From the NCBI GenBank assembly GCA_964606065.1, contig CAZSEX010000001.1, forward strand, positions 959 to 64,958: a DNA stretch of 64,000 nucleotides, given 5' to 3'. Every line of letters starts with the position of its first letter. Within the stretch, counting starts at the first letter, position 1. Of this stretch, positions 20,560 to 29,137 are shown in pieces. Below the pieces are notes generated by a model. The model was not told where the DNA came from. It was given only the letters and a program-made list of their open reading frames with translations, and searched no databases. Source of the stretch: an uncultured bacterium (GTDB lineage Bacteria; Hydrothermota; UBA3072). Both the position numbers and the translations under genes were made by a program.

Positions 20560-20766
20560 ATGTCTAAGAAAAGTACTTTAGCATTCGAAACAGTTGACTT
20601 GATTAAGAAACGGCTCGGGTTACTTCTCGGAGCGCGCCTTAAGGACAAAAATTCCATAAGTACCGCGTCTAAGAAGATAGATTCGCTCAGGGAAAAGTAT
20701 GGTGACGTGGAAGATGGCTATGACAGCGTAGGGGTTATCCGTAAGTGGCGAGAGAGTCGTTATTAA
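20560..20766 (+). CDS. Small antitoxin-like protein, a homolog of the 8428 VapB-like protein.
   Basis: Collinear similarity: LIKKRLGLLLGARLKDK aligns with LMQKRLEVLGGAKIRER, and the C-terminal G.D.V.RKWRE.R motif is shared. RBS aggtga is 7 nt before the ATG. Confidence 0.55.
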   Translation: MSKKSTLAFETVDLIKKRLGLLLGARLKDKNSISTASKKIDSLREKYGDVEDGYDSVGVIRKWRESRY

Positions 20767-20769
20767 AAG

Positions 20770-21060
20770 ATGGAAGAAAAGGAAAAAGATTTACTAGAAA
20801 AAAGCGTCGAAGAACTTACATTACTGTTACTCTACCTAACAAGTTGGAAAGAAGAAGTAATGAAAGGTTCTAAAATTATACGCTCATGGAAAGGTTATAA
20901 GTTTGAAGTTTTGAATAATCTGGAAGAAGCGAGTTTAATATCGCAATCAAAAAAGGCTAAGTCTGTTTACCTTACAGAGGAAGGGCATAAAAAAGCAAGA
21001 AAATTATTTAAGAAATATCTTGACCTTGAAACAACCCCATCGATTGATATTAAAAAATAA
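20770..21060 (+). CDS. Hypothetical 96-aa protein, translationally coupled (3-nt gap) to the antitoxin-like gene. It is a candidate non-PIN partner or toxin.
   Basis: Tight coupling to the upstream gene, and no PIN motifs. It may have a winged-helix-like C-terminus. Confidence 0.4.
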   Translation: MEEKEKDLLEKSVEELTLLLLYLTSWKEEVMKGSKIIRSWKGYKFEVLNNLEEASLISQSKKAKSVYLTEEGHKKARKLFKKYLDLETTPSIDIKK

Positions 21061-21115
21061 TCTAATTTCGCATTTCAATGCCTGCCTCGTTGATACCGTT
21101 TAAAAAGGAACTTAA

Positions 21116-21520
21116 ATGATAAATGGAATAAATCATATTACTTTATCCGTAAAAGATATAGATGAATCCTTCAAATTTTACAAAGAGATTCTTGGGTTAA
21201 AGCCAATTATGAAATCCAAAATAAGCGCGTATTTTACAGCCGGAAACACCTGGATAGCACTCACAAAAGATGAATGCAAAACCAATAAAAGCGATTATAG
21301 CCATATAGCGTTTAACATTGACTCTAAAAATTTTAATACTTTAAAAAACAGAATAAAAAATTATGGCGCAGAAGAATGGCAGGAAAACAAAACGGAAGGA
21401 GATTCGTTTTATTTTCTTGACCCAAGCGGCAATAAATTAGAGATACATTCAACGTCGTTGAAAGACAGGATCAAATACGGCAAACAGCATTGGGGAAAGG
21501 ATGTCGAATGGTTTGTATAA
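21116..21520 (+). CDS. Fosfomycin-resistance-type VOC metalloenzyme (FosX/FosB-like glyoxalase-fold thiol or epoxide hydrolase).
   Basis: Motifs GINHITLSV, AYF...W(I)AL, YSHIAF and YF.DP.GNKLE.HS..L.DRI.Y match the FosB/FosX pattern. Confidence 0.6.
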   Translation: MINGINHITLSVKDIDESFKFYKEILGLKPIMKSKISAYFTAGNTWIALTKDECKTNKSDYSHIAFNIDSKNFNTLKNRIKNYGAEEWQENKTEGDSFYFLDPSGNKLEIHSTSLKDRIKYGKQHWGKDVEWFV

Positions 21521-21587
21521 GTTTTCAAAAGAGGTGGTTTGGAATTTTTCGATGAATAAAATATCACTCTTAAAGAATTAATCGATT

Positions 21588-21950
21588 TTATTGTTTTTTA
21601 TTTTTTCCCGCGATTCTAATAGCGTCTTCTGTAACTGCTATAAAGTTGTCTTTAATTTTATCTGAATACTGCTTTAATAAATCATCAATTTTGTTTATTT
21701 TATTCTCTGCTCTTTGATTTTCCAACCTTAAAAGTATAATTCCTTTGTGAGGTTTGCCTTTACGGAAAACCAGTTCTCCGAAATCCTTATCTACCGTTAT
21801 GATAATTCTGTTTTCAGTGTTAGCTTTATTTATTATCCAATCATCATCCGCCCCTCTTGCCTCTTCATAAACCGAAAACGCATCATGTCCTTTTTCGGAT
21901 AACCAGTGGGCTGCTTTTGGTCCGGTACATTCATCGACAAGAAATTTCAT
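21588..21950 (-). CDS. DUF5615 (PIN-like / Mut7-C-type) putative toxin.
   Basis: N-terminus MKFLVDECTG and IIITVDKDFGELVF match DUF5615. It is paired with the upstream DUF433 gene. Confidence 0.6.
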   Translation of the reverse strand: MKFLVDECTGPKAAHWLSEKGHDAFSVYEEARGADDDWIINKANTENRIIITVDKDFGELVFRKGKPHKGIILLRLENQRAENKINKIDDLLKQYSDKIKDNFIAVTEDAIRIAGKNKKQ

Positions 21951-21957
21951 TGGAAAA

Positions 21958-22197
21958 TTACGCTTTCAACGGCATAAAAGCAGTATCTTCGAGAGCTTCA
22001 GAAGCGAAAAGCAGACAGGCTTCAATATCTTCCTTTTCCAATCCCTTATATTCTTCAAGTATTTCATCTATAGTAGCGCCTTCTGCGAGTAAACCAACAA
22101 TATACTGAACTGTGAGCCTTGTTCCTTTGATAATTGGTTTCCCGACCATAATTTTTGGGTCTATTACTATCCTTTTAAGTAACTTTTTACGCTTCAT
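21958..22197 (-). CDS. DUF433 putative antitoxin. The start is moved to MKRKK, which has RBS AGGAGG.
   Basis: Motif DPKIMVGKPIIKGTRLTV fits DUF433, and AGGAGG lies 6 nt before the ATG at 22197. Confidence 0.6.
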   Translation of the reverse strand: MKRKKLLKRIVIDPKIMVGKPIIKGTRLTVQYIVGLLAEGATIDEILEEYKGLEKEDIEACLLFASEALEDTAFMPLKA

Positions 22198-22423
22198 TTT
22201 TTCCTCCTGAATATACCTTAATGATAAAAACAATAAAGAATATGTCAAGCTCCAGCCACTTTTCCCCCATTCAACTAATCCGAAGGATTAACTATTAGCA
22301 CGCAGATAAACGCAGATTTACAGGATTTTTTGTTGCAGTAAGCTGAGAGCCTTTTTTTTCACATGTAGAACATGTAGGGAATGTAGTTTTTCTTTTCGTC
22401 TTTTTCCAAATCCTAATTTCCGA

Positions 22424-22465
22424 CTGATGACTCGGTGCTACGCACCGCCCCTTGACTAATTTCTC
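22424..22465. repeat. Repeat R1 (CTGATGACTCGGTGCTACGCACCGCCCCTTGACTAATTTCTC), copy a.
   Basis: It is 41/42 identical to 23871-23912, and contains a TTGACT -35-like hexamer. Confidence 0.7.
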
Positions 22466-22518
22466 GACCTTTTAAAACTAATTCAAAAATCTTTTTTGTT
22501 AAAAAATCTAACAACCCC

Positions 22519-22548
22519 TTGACAGATTATCCAACTTGATTATATTAT
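22519..22548 (+). promoter_or_regulatory. Sigma70-like promoter (TTGACA-N17/18-TATTAT) for the XRE-Panacea / RelE-like operon.
   Basis: ttgaca at 22519-22524 and atatta/tattat at 22542-22548. It lies 54 nt upstream of the gene start at 22602. Confidence 0.5.
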
Positions 22549-22601
22549 AGACGTAAGTTAAATTTATTCTAAGGTTAGGGAGGTTTCCCTTAGGAGGTGC
22601 A

Positions 22602-23399
22602 ATGGGTAAGATAGATAAAGTTTTAAGAAGGAGGCTAAAAGATTTGAGGATGAATGCGAACTTTAGTCAAAGAGAAGTCGCAAAAGAACTGGGAATATCC
22701 AGGTCCGCTTATTCTCAAATAGAAACAGGAGAAAGAAAAATGGGTGCTGAGGAATTGTTTAAATTGGCTGAAATTTTCGAGGTCGATGTTAATGATTTGA
22801 TGGATTTGAAGAAAGGGGTTGAAGTAATTTTAGAAGAGAAGAAGAAAACTAAAGAAAAAACCTCCGAGCTTCCTGTAATGCGTATAAGTGTGCCTCAGAA
22901 AAATTTCGAAAAATTTAAAGAGGCTTTACTTTATATTCTCAACAAAGTCGGGTCCAAGGCTAATGTGGGGGAAACCGTTATTTATAAGCTTCTTTACTTT
23001 ATAGATTTCGATTATTACGAGAAATACGAAGAACAGTTTATCGGAGCTTCTTATATTAAGAATAAATATGGTCCTACTCCTGTAGAGTTCGCGAAGCTTG
23101 TTAAGGAAATGGTTAAAGAAGGCGAAATCGAAAAAGTCGACAGCGATTATTACAGCTATCCTCAGACAAAATATCTTCCTTTAAGGAGACCAGCCCTGAA
23201 AAAATTAAGCGCTCCCGAAATCGGGGTTATAGATGAAGTCCTTAACAGGCTTTCCGATATGAACGCGAATCAAATAAGCGAATATTCACATGGAGATATT
23301 CCATGGCTAACCACAGAGGATGAAGAACCAATAGATTATGAATTAGTATTCTACCGAAATCCGCCGTACAATGTAAGAGAATACGATTTTGAAGATTGA
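22602..23399 (+). CDS. HTH-XRE DNA-binding domain fused to a Panacea (SocA-like, DUF4065) antitoxin domain.
   Basis: The N-terminal segment around LGISRSAYSQIETGER is HTH_XRE. The C-terminal KLLYFIDFDYYEKYEEQFIGASYIKNKYGPTP matches the Panacea domain. Confidence 0.6.
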   Translation: MGKIDKVLRRRLKDLRMNANFSQREVAKELGISRSAYSQIETGERKMGAEELFKLAEIFEVDVNDLMDLKKGVEVILEEKKKTKEKTSELPVMRISVPQKNFEKFKEALLYILNKVGSKANVGETVIYKLLYFIDFDYYEKYEEQFIGASYIKNKYGPTPVEFAKLVKEMVKEGEIEKVDSDYYSYPQTKYLPLRRPALKKLSAPEIGVIDEVLNRLSDMNANQISEYSHGDIPWLTTEDEEPIDYELVFYRNPPYNVREYDFED

Positions 23400-23769
23400 A
23401 GAACATTTAGAAATTATCCGAGTGCCTGAATTTGATAAAGATATAAAAAAGCTGAAGAAGAAACACAGAACATTAGAAGAGGATTTGCGCAGATTTTTAC
23501 TGGCGCAGGTCTATATGCACCACATTGAGAAGCACGACGTTAAAGGGCTATACAGGATTGCCGGTTTAGGAATAACGGAACCAAAAATCTATAAAGCCAA
23601 AAGGTTCAGTTGTCCCTCACTAAGAGGAGGCAGCAATTCGGGAATTAGAGTAATATACGCGTACAGCGAAGAAGAAAACGATAGAGATAAAATAACACTT
23701 ATAGAAATTTATTATAAAGGAGATAAGGAAAATGAGAACCGAGATAGAATTATTAAATCTTTTGGATAG
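23389..23769 (+). CDS. RelE/ParE-superfamily-like toxin partnered with the Panacea antitoxin.
   Basis: It overlaps the upstream gene by 11 nt. The C-terminal GIRVIYAY...ITLIEIYYKGDKEN resembles the RelE/HigB core. Confidence 0.5.
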   Translation: MKIEEHLEIIRVPEFDKDIKKLKKKHRTLEEDLRRFLLAQVYMHHIEKHDVKGLYRIAGLGITEPKIYKAKRFSCPSLRGGSNSGIRVIYAYSEEENDRDKITLIEIYYKGDKENENRDRIIKSFG

Positions 23770-23870
23770 GGAAATACAAGATATATTCGTCACCAGTTGT
23801 CTTTTTTGTCGTTTTTCCCATTTGACCATTTTTCAATTTTCCTATTCGACTAATGACCAGAGACTGTGGG

Positions 23871-23912
23871 CTGATGACTCGGTGCTACGCACCGCCCCTT
23901 GACTAATTTCTC
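23871..23912. repeat. Repeat R1, copy b.
   Basis: See 22424-22465. Confidence 0.7.
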
Positions 23913-23916
23913 AATC

Positions 23917-23961
23917 TTTTTAAATTTACACTATGATTATATGTTCCTATTTAACTTTTCG
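23917..23961. repeat. Repeat R2, copy b.
   Basis: See 20404-20446. Confidence 0.7.
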
Positions 23962-24019
23962 ACTAAATATGAAGAAGGTTTATTGGAATTTGAAGAACGA
24001 TCTCGGTGTACTATAATTT

Positions 24020-26812
24020 ATGTCTTCTAAAGAAAAAAGTGGCCACTTAGTTAAAGAAGGTGTTGAATTTGCCAAAAAGGGGTCATATAAAGAAGCCGAA
24101 ATATGTTTCTTAAGAGCTATTGGGATAAATGAGAATAATGTGTATGCTTGGGCAAATTATGGAAATTGCTTACTTAAGTTGGGTAAGAGCGATAAGGCTC
24201 TAGTGGCAAATGATAGAGCTATAAAAATCAATCCAAATAACTCTAGTGCTTGGGGTAGTAGGGGAATTATTTTTTTCAAAAATAAAAAATTTGTAGAGGC
24301 CTTAAATTTTATTGACAAAGCTATTAAGTTGAATCCAAATAATGCTGACACTTGGTTTAACAAAGCTAATATATTCATGGAAATGAATAATTATACTCAA
24401 GCAAAAGAAACTTATGAGACAGTCCTCAAGATTAGACCTGAGGACAAAGATGCTTGGTACAATAAGGGAATCGCTCTTTTAAGACTAAAGAATCTTGAAA
24501 AGGCTCTATACTGTTTTGAAAAAGCTCTAAATATAGATAAAAATCTAGCGGAGGTATGGAATTATAAGGCGTTAACACTTTCTGAACTAGGCAAGCATGA
24601 AGACGCTTTGGATTCAGTAGAACAAGCAATCAAGATTAACTCAAATAACGACCGATTTTTATATACTAAAGGAAGAATTCTTGCCTTAACAGGGAAAAAT
24701 AAAGAAGCCTTAAGATTTTTAAATTCGGCGATCAAACTAAATTCAAAGCAAGCTATTTATTTAAATGATAAAAGTAAGATCTTATATGAACTAGGGGAAA
24801 CTAAGAGCGCTTTAAAAACAATTAAAAAGGCAACAAAAATAGATAAAGAAAATTGTTTTTTATGGTTTACAAGAGGTATTCTATTAGAAAAATTAGGGAA
24901 ATATGAGCAAAGTGTTAAAGCATGCGAAACGTCAATCAATAAAAATCCGGCGTTTGCTGATGTCTGGTTAGCTAAAGGAAATGCTCTTTTCGCATTGAAA
25001 AGATTTGAGGAAGCAGTTAATTCTTATAATAAAGCAGTCGAAATTAATAAAACTTTTGGGGGTGCATGGTTTAATAAAGGATTATCAAAGATACTTTTGA
25101 AAAGATATGAAGATGCAATAGAGGATTTTAACACGGCAATTAAATTAGATTATAGAATTGAAGCAAGCTTAAACAATAAAGGTGTGGCCCTTATTAATAT
25201 TAACAAATTTGATGAGGCTTTAGAAGTTTTCCAGGAAGCGATCAATTTAAATGAATTATACCCAAGTCCTTGGGTTAATAGTAGTTATATCTTTTACAAA
25301 AAGGGGAATCTTAAGGAGGCGACGGAAAGAGTTAATAAAGCCTTAAACTTAAATCCAAAAGACCAAGGAATATGGAACAATAAAGGGAACATACTTTCTT
25401 TACTAGGTAAATATGAAGAAGCTTTAGAAATGTTCCACAAATCTTTAACCTTTAATAAAAAATATTCAGATGCATGGAATAACATAGGCATTACATATAT
25501 TGAACTTAAAGATTACAAAAGAGCGTTAAAAGCGTTGAACGAAGCAACCAAAATAGAACCAAACGATTCAAAAATTTGGTACAATAAAGGTATAGCTTTT
25601 GCTGCCCAAAAGAAGACGAATAAAGCATTGCGAGCGTATAATAAAGCTTTAAATCTTAATCATGACGCATCAAACTGCTTGTATAATATTGGGAATGTTC
25701 ATTTGCAACGAAAGGATTATAAAAAAGCATTAGGGAACTATAAAAAGGCTGTTAAAATTGATTTTTTTAAAGCGGAAGCTTGGAATAACATGGGAATAGC
25801 TTTTAAAAATTTAAAAAACAATCTTGAAGCGGTAAATGCTTATAAAAAAGCCATAAGTGTAAGTAAAGGTGATGTAATTCCATATGAAAATTTACTTGAA
25901 CTTTATTATAATGTTGGAGATTTTGATAACGCTCTTAGTACAATAAAAGACGCAGAAAAAAATGGTCTTTCGAGTTTAAAAAACAAAGAAGCTATAATAA
26001 AGATACAGCGACTTATTGATGAATGTAAATTCGATGAAGCGATTGGAGAAATAAAAGGAATTAACGACAGAAGCCCTGGATATGTTCGATCATTGGTGTG
26101 GTTAGAATATGCGAAATTTTTAAGCATTGAGAGTTCTGATGCGCAAAATCAAAAGCAAAAGTATGAAACGAAAATAGGAAACCTAATATCAAAACTTAAA
26201 AAAATAGAACCTTCAATAGGAGAAGACCTAATCGAATATGTTTTATATTTTCTGGGATATCTTTATAATAAAATTGACGATGTTAATGCTGCCAAACAAG
26301 AACTTGAAAAGGCCTTGAAGCTAGAAAATAAAGGATACTATAGAGAAAACATCGTTAATCTCCTCGACTTTGTTATAACTAAACATTTAAAGTTTAATTT
26401 CTGGGATTGGTGGTGTAAGCCTTTAACATCTGTTAAAATTACACGATTTAAAAAGGCTTGTTTTTTGTTTCTAGTATTTATTTTTGTTAGTTTAATTGCA
26501 GTAGATTGGATTAAAGTTTTCTTTGGTGATTTTAGTTATCTAAAAAATATTGAACTAGGCAATGCTTATCGTATCGAATTATTTATTTTCTTTCTTTTGA
26601 TTTTTCCGATAATAAAAAGATTTAAGGCACACGATGTTGAAATAGAATTAAATAAACCTCCTATTTCAAGCGCTATTCCCATTTTAAGAGAACCCTTAAT
26701 ACCATTAAATTATTTAGATAAGGAAAGGACTAGGTTGACAACTCATACAGATTTTATTCCAAATTTTGTTCTGGGAAAGCAATATGTTGAGAAACATAGT
26801 CTTAAATCATAA
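24020..26812 (+). CDS. Large TPR-repeat protein (about 19 TPRs) with two C-terminal TM helices.
   Basis: Repeated W.N.G / A...Y..A 34-aa periodicity throughout, and C-terminal hydrophobic helices (FLFLVFIFVSLIAV, LFIFFLLIFPII). Confidence 0.7.
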   Translation: MSSKEKSGHLVKEGVEFAKKGSYKEAEICFLRAIGINENNVYAWANYGNCLLKLGKSDKALVANDRAIKINPNNSSAWGSRGIIFFKNKKFVEALNFIDKAIKLNPNNADTWFNKANIFMEMNNYTQAKETYETVLKIRPEDKDAWYNKGIALLRLKNLEKALYCFEKALNIDKNLAEVWNYKALTLSELGKHEDALDSVEQAIKINSNNDRFLYTKGRILALTGKNKEALRFLNSAIKLNSKQAIYLNDKSKILYELGETKSALKTIKKATKIDKENCFLWFTRGILLEKLGKYEQSVKACETSINKNPAFADVWLAKGNALFALKRFEEAVNSYNKAVEINKTFGGAWFNKGLSKILLKRYEDAIEDFNTAIKLDYRIEASLNNKGVALININKFDEALEVFQEAINLNELYPSPWVNSSYIFYKKGNLKEATERVNKALNLNPKDQGIWNNKGNILSLLGKYEEALEMFHKSLTFNKKYSDAWNNIGITYIELKDYKRALKALNEATKIEPNDSKIWYNKGIAFAAQKKTNKALRAYNKALNLNHDASNCLYNIGNVHLQRKDYKKALGNYKKAVKIDFFKAEAWNNMGIAFKNLKNNLEAVNAYKKAISVSKGDVIPYENLLELYYNVGDFDNALSTIKDAEKNGLSSLKNKEAIIKIQRLIDECKFDEAIGEIKGINDRSPGYVRSLVWLEYAKFLSIESSDAQNQKQKYETKIGNLISKLKKIEPSIGEDLIEYVLYFLGYLYNKIDDVNAAKQELEKALKLENKGYYRENIVNLLDFVITKHLKFNFWDWWCKPLTSVKITRFKKACFLFLVFIFVSLIAVDWIKVFFGDFSYLKNIELGNAYRIELFIFFLLIFPIIKRFKAHDVEIELNKPPISSAIPILREPLIPLNYLDKERTRLTTHTDFIPNFVLGKQYVEKHSLKS

Positions 26813-26904
26813 ACATTCTGGTGGGTTCGTTGAAAATGATTGTATAGAGAGGTCAAGTTTTCTTTTAAAAATGATAAAATTCAAAAATAGAGAACAGATT
26901 AAAA

Positions 26905-28398
26905 ATGGAATATAAAAAGAAATTTAATAAGGATAAAACTAAGGTTACAATAAAAATGTACGGAGAAAACGATTTATGGGATTTAGGTGTTAAGGAGTGG
27001 GTACAAAGTAAAACATTTAAAGTTGTTAATGCATTAGATGTTTATAAAAAAATAAAAGAAGGAAAACCAATAGATATTAGCGGAAGATATGTGGAAGGTT
27101 TTTCTCTTTCTGAGTATAGAAAAATATATAATATTAATCCAAATGAATTTGTTCCTCTTAGAGAATTCAATGCAGTAGGAACTTTCTTTGAAGTGGGAGA
27201 AGACGGAATTATTTCTTTCTTATTAGCTCAATTTATTAATAAGGCTGTTTCTTTTCAACGTGCAAGTTTTGGGAATGGAGCAACAACATTCGCAGGAGCC
27301 GATTTTGCCGGAGTAGAGGAAATAGACTTTAAGTATGCTCAGTTTGGTAATGGTTATAAAAACTTTAATCAAATAACATTTAAATCCGGGAAAGTGGAGT
27401 TTTCGCTGGCCCGATTCGGGACTGGAGGCATTAGTTTTATAAAAACTACATTTGGCAACTGTAGTGTTAGTTTCGAGGGAACAAGATTTAAAGAAGGAGA
27501 CATAACATTTAGAGGATCCTCTGTAGGATTTTGGGGAATAACCTTTGAGGGAAGTACCTTCGGAGAAAGCAATCTATTGTTTTCTCCGGCTACGATAGGT
27601 AGGCATGGACTCAACTTAAAAGATACAAGAGGTTCAGGGATATGGTACTTAGGTCTAAAATCTCATCTAATTGATTTATCGTCTGCAAATATAAAAGGTT
27701 CTATTGATTTTTATCCTTATCTTGCTCCGTTCGAAATACCAGGTCTTACAGGAATATTAATCGGATTACCAGAAGAAAAAGTTAACATAGAAGAATTGAG
27801 AGTCATAAATACAAAATGTACAGGCAAAATATATTTGGACTATGATGAATTTGGATTAGAGAACTCAATTAAAAAGCAAAATACAACCCATAAAGAAAAA
27901 GCAGAACAATTTCGACTGTTTAAAGAGAATCTTCGTAGTCTTGGGCAATATGATGATGAAGATAAAGCTTACTACTGGTTTAAATATTATCAAATACGAG
28001 CAGAGAAAGCATTTAGAAAAGGCGATTCTCTATGTAATAAAATTAAAAAGTCGCTTATCTACGGTTTCAAATGGTCGTTTTTCGAAAAAATGGGAAAATA
28101 TGGTACTAGCCCTCGAAATGTAGGCGTAAGTATGATTACGGTTTGGTTGATATGGACTTTGATTTACCTTTGGAAGTTTTACTTAATCGGAATGAAAAGG
28201 CATAATCTAGGTTCTTTAAATTTAATAAATAAACTTGGGCTTTCAATGTATCACAGCGCAATTACATTTCTTACGATTGGTTATGGAGATATATATCCTA
28301 TGGGAAGTCTTAGGCTCTGGTCAAGCATAGAAGGATTTCTCGGTTTATTCCTTATGGCATACTTCACAATTTCATTTGCAAGGAAGGTTTTGAGATAA
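26905..28398 (+). CDS. Pentapeptide-repeat domain fused to a 2-TM K+ channel pore (selectivity filter TIGYGD).
   Basis: About 20 consecutive A(D/N)(F/L)xx-type pentapeptides (SFGNG, TTFAG, ADFAG ...). The C-terminus is TM1, the pore helix with TFLTIGYGDIYP, then TM2. Confidence 0.7.
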   Translation: MEYKKKFNKDKTKVTIKMYGENDLWDLGVKEWVQSKTFKVVNALDVYKKIKEGKPIDISGRYVEGFSLSEYRKIYNINPNEFVPLREFNAVGTFFEVGEDGIISFLLAQFINKAVSFQRASFGNGATTFAGADFAGVEEIDFKYAQFGNGYKNFNQITFKSGKVEFSLARFGTGGISFIKTTFGNCSVSFEGTRFKEGDITFRGSSVGFWGITFEGSTFGESNLLFSPATIGRHGLNLKDTRGSGIWYLGLKSHLIDLSSANIKGSIDFYPYLAPFEIPGLTGILIGLPEEKVNIEELRVINTKCTGKIYLDYDEFGLENSIKKQNTTHKEKAEQFRLFKENLRSLGQYDDEDKAYYWFKYYQIRAEKAFRKGDSLCNKIKKSLIYGFKWSFFEKMGKYGTSPRNVGVSMITVWLIWTLIYLWKFYLIGMKRHNLGSLNLINKLGLSMYHSAITFLTIGYGDIYPMGSLRLWSSIEGFLGLFLMAYFTISFARKVLR

Positions 28399-28415
28399 AT
28401 AAGGATTAGAAACAA

Positions 28416-29015
28416 ATGGATAGACCAAAATATTTAAACGACTGGGAAAAGTATAAGGATGATTTAAAAGTTTGGAGGAGATTTTGGGCTCTTTGGGAAC
28501 TTAGGCGAAAATGGAAATGGGCAGATTCTTTTTACCAGGAAGCGCATAGAATAGAGGAAAATACCGAGGATATAGTCGAACCTAAATGTTGGACTTTATT
28601 TCCTGGACCAGGTTATATGAGATTATGTTTATGGATTGCTTTACTAAAAAGCGTCCACGAAGGCATAACAGTAGGATTGGATTCCTACGATACACCTGAC
28701 TCTGAGAAGGTTGATATATCAGAAGTGCTTCCTCGAGTACCTAAAAATATTACCAAATTTCCTTACATAAAATTAAGTGGTTTTAAAGACTTTCGTAATG
28801 CAATTTTTCACTGCCAGTGGTCACCTACCTTGAGCAAATTTAAACTTGATAGTGACACTACTAACGAAATTGAAAGTCTGCATAAAAAGATTGGCGAGTG
28901 GTTAGATAAGGAGTTTAAGAATTCATATAATGAGTTTAAGCAAAAGTACGATGTTCCTGATACGTGGGTTTTTACTCCAGATGGCAAAGAATTCATGCCA
29001 GAAACTTTTTATTGA
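28416..29015 (+). CDS. Hypothetical Trp-rich protein, possibly co-transcribed with the channel gene.
   Basis: ORF with RBS-like ggattag upstream. No recognisable motifs. Confidence 0.4.
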   Translation: MDRPKYLNDWEKYKDDLKVWRRFWALWELRRKWKWADSFYQEAHRIEENTEDIVEPKCWTLFPGPGYMRLCLWIALLKSVHEGITVGLDSYDTPDSEKVDISEVLPRVPKNITKFPYIKLSGFKDFRNAIFHCQWSPTLSKFKLDSDTTNEIESLHKKIGEWLDKEFKNSYNEFKQKYDVPDTWVFTPDGKEFMPETFY

Positions 29016-29137
29016 TCGTAATGAGAAGATTAAATCTTTTTAAAAAAAATGATAAAATTCAAAAATAAAGAACAGATTCAAAGATTAATTAATCAAACTG
29101 AAGATCATCGGGAAACCAAAGAGACTAAGCGAAGATA

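Noticed and set aside
24012-24017. A TATAAT hexamer 2 nt upstream of the TPR gene ATG.
   Set aside because: It is too close to the start codon to be a -10 element with a normal leader, and there is no RBS. It is more likely coincidental AT-rich sequence, and the promoter is probably within the R1/R2 elements upstream.
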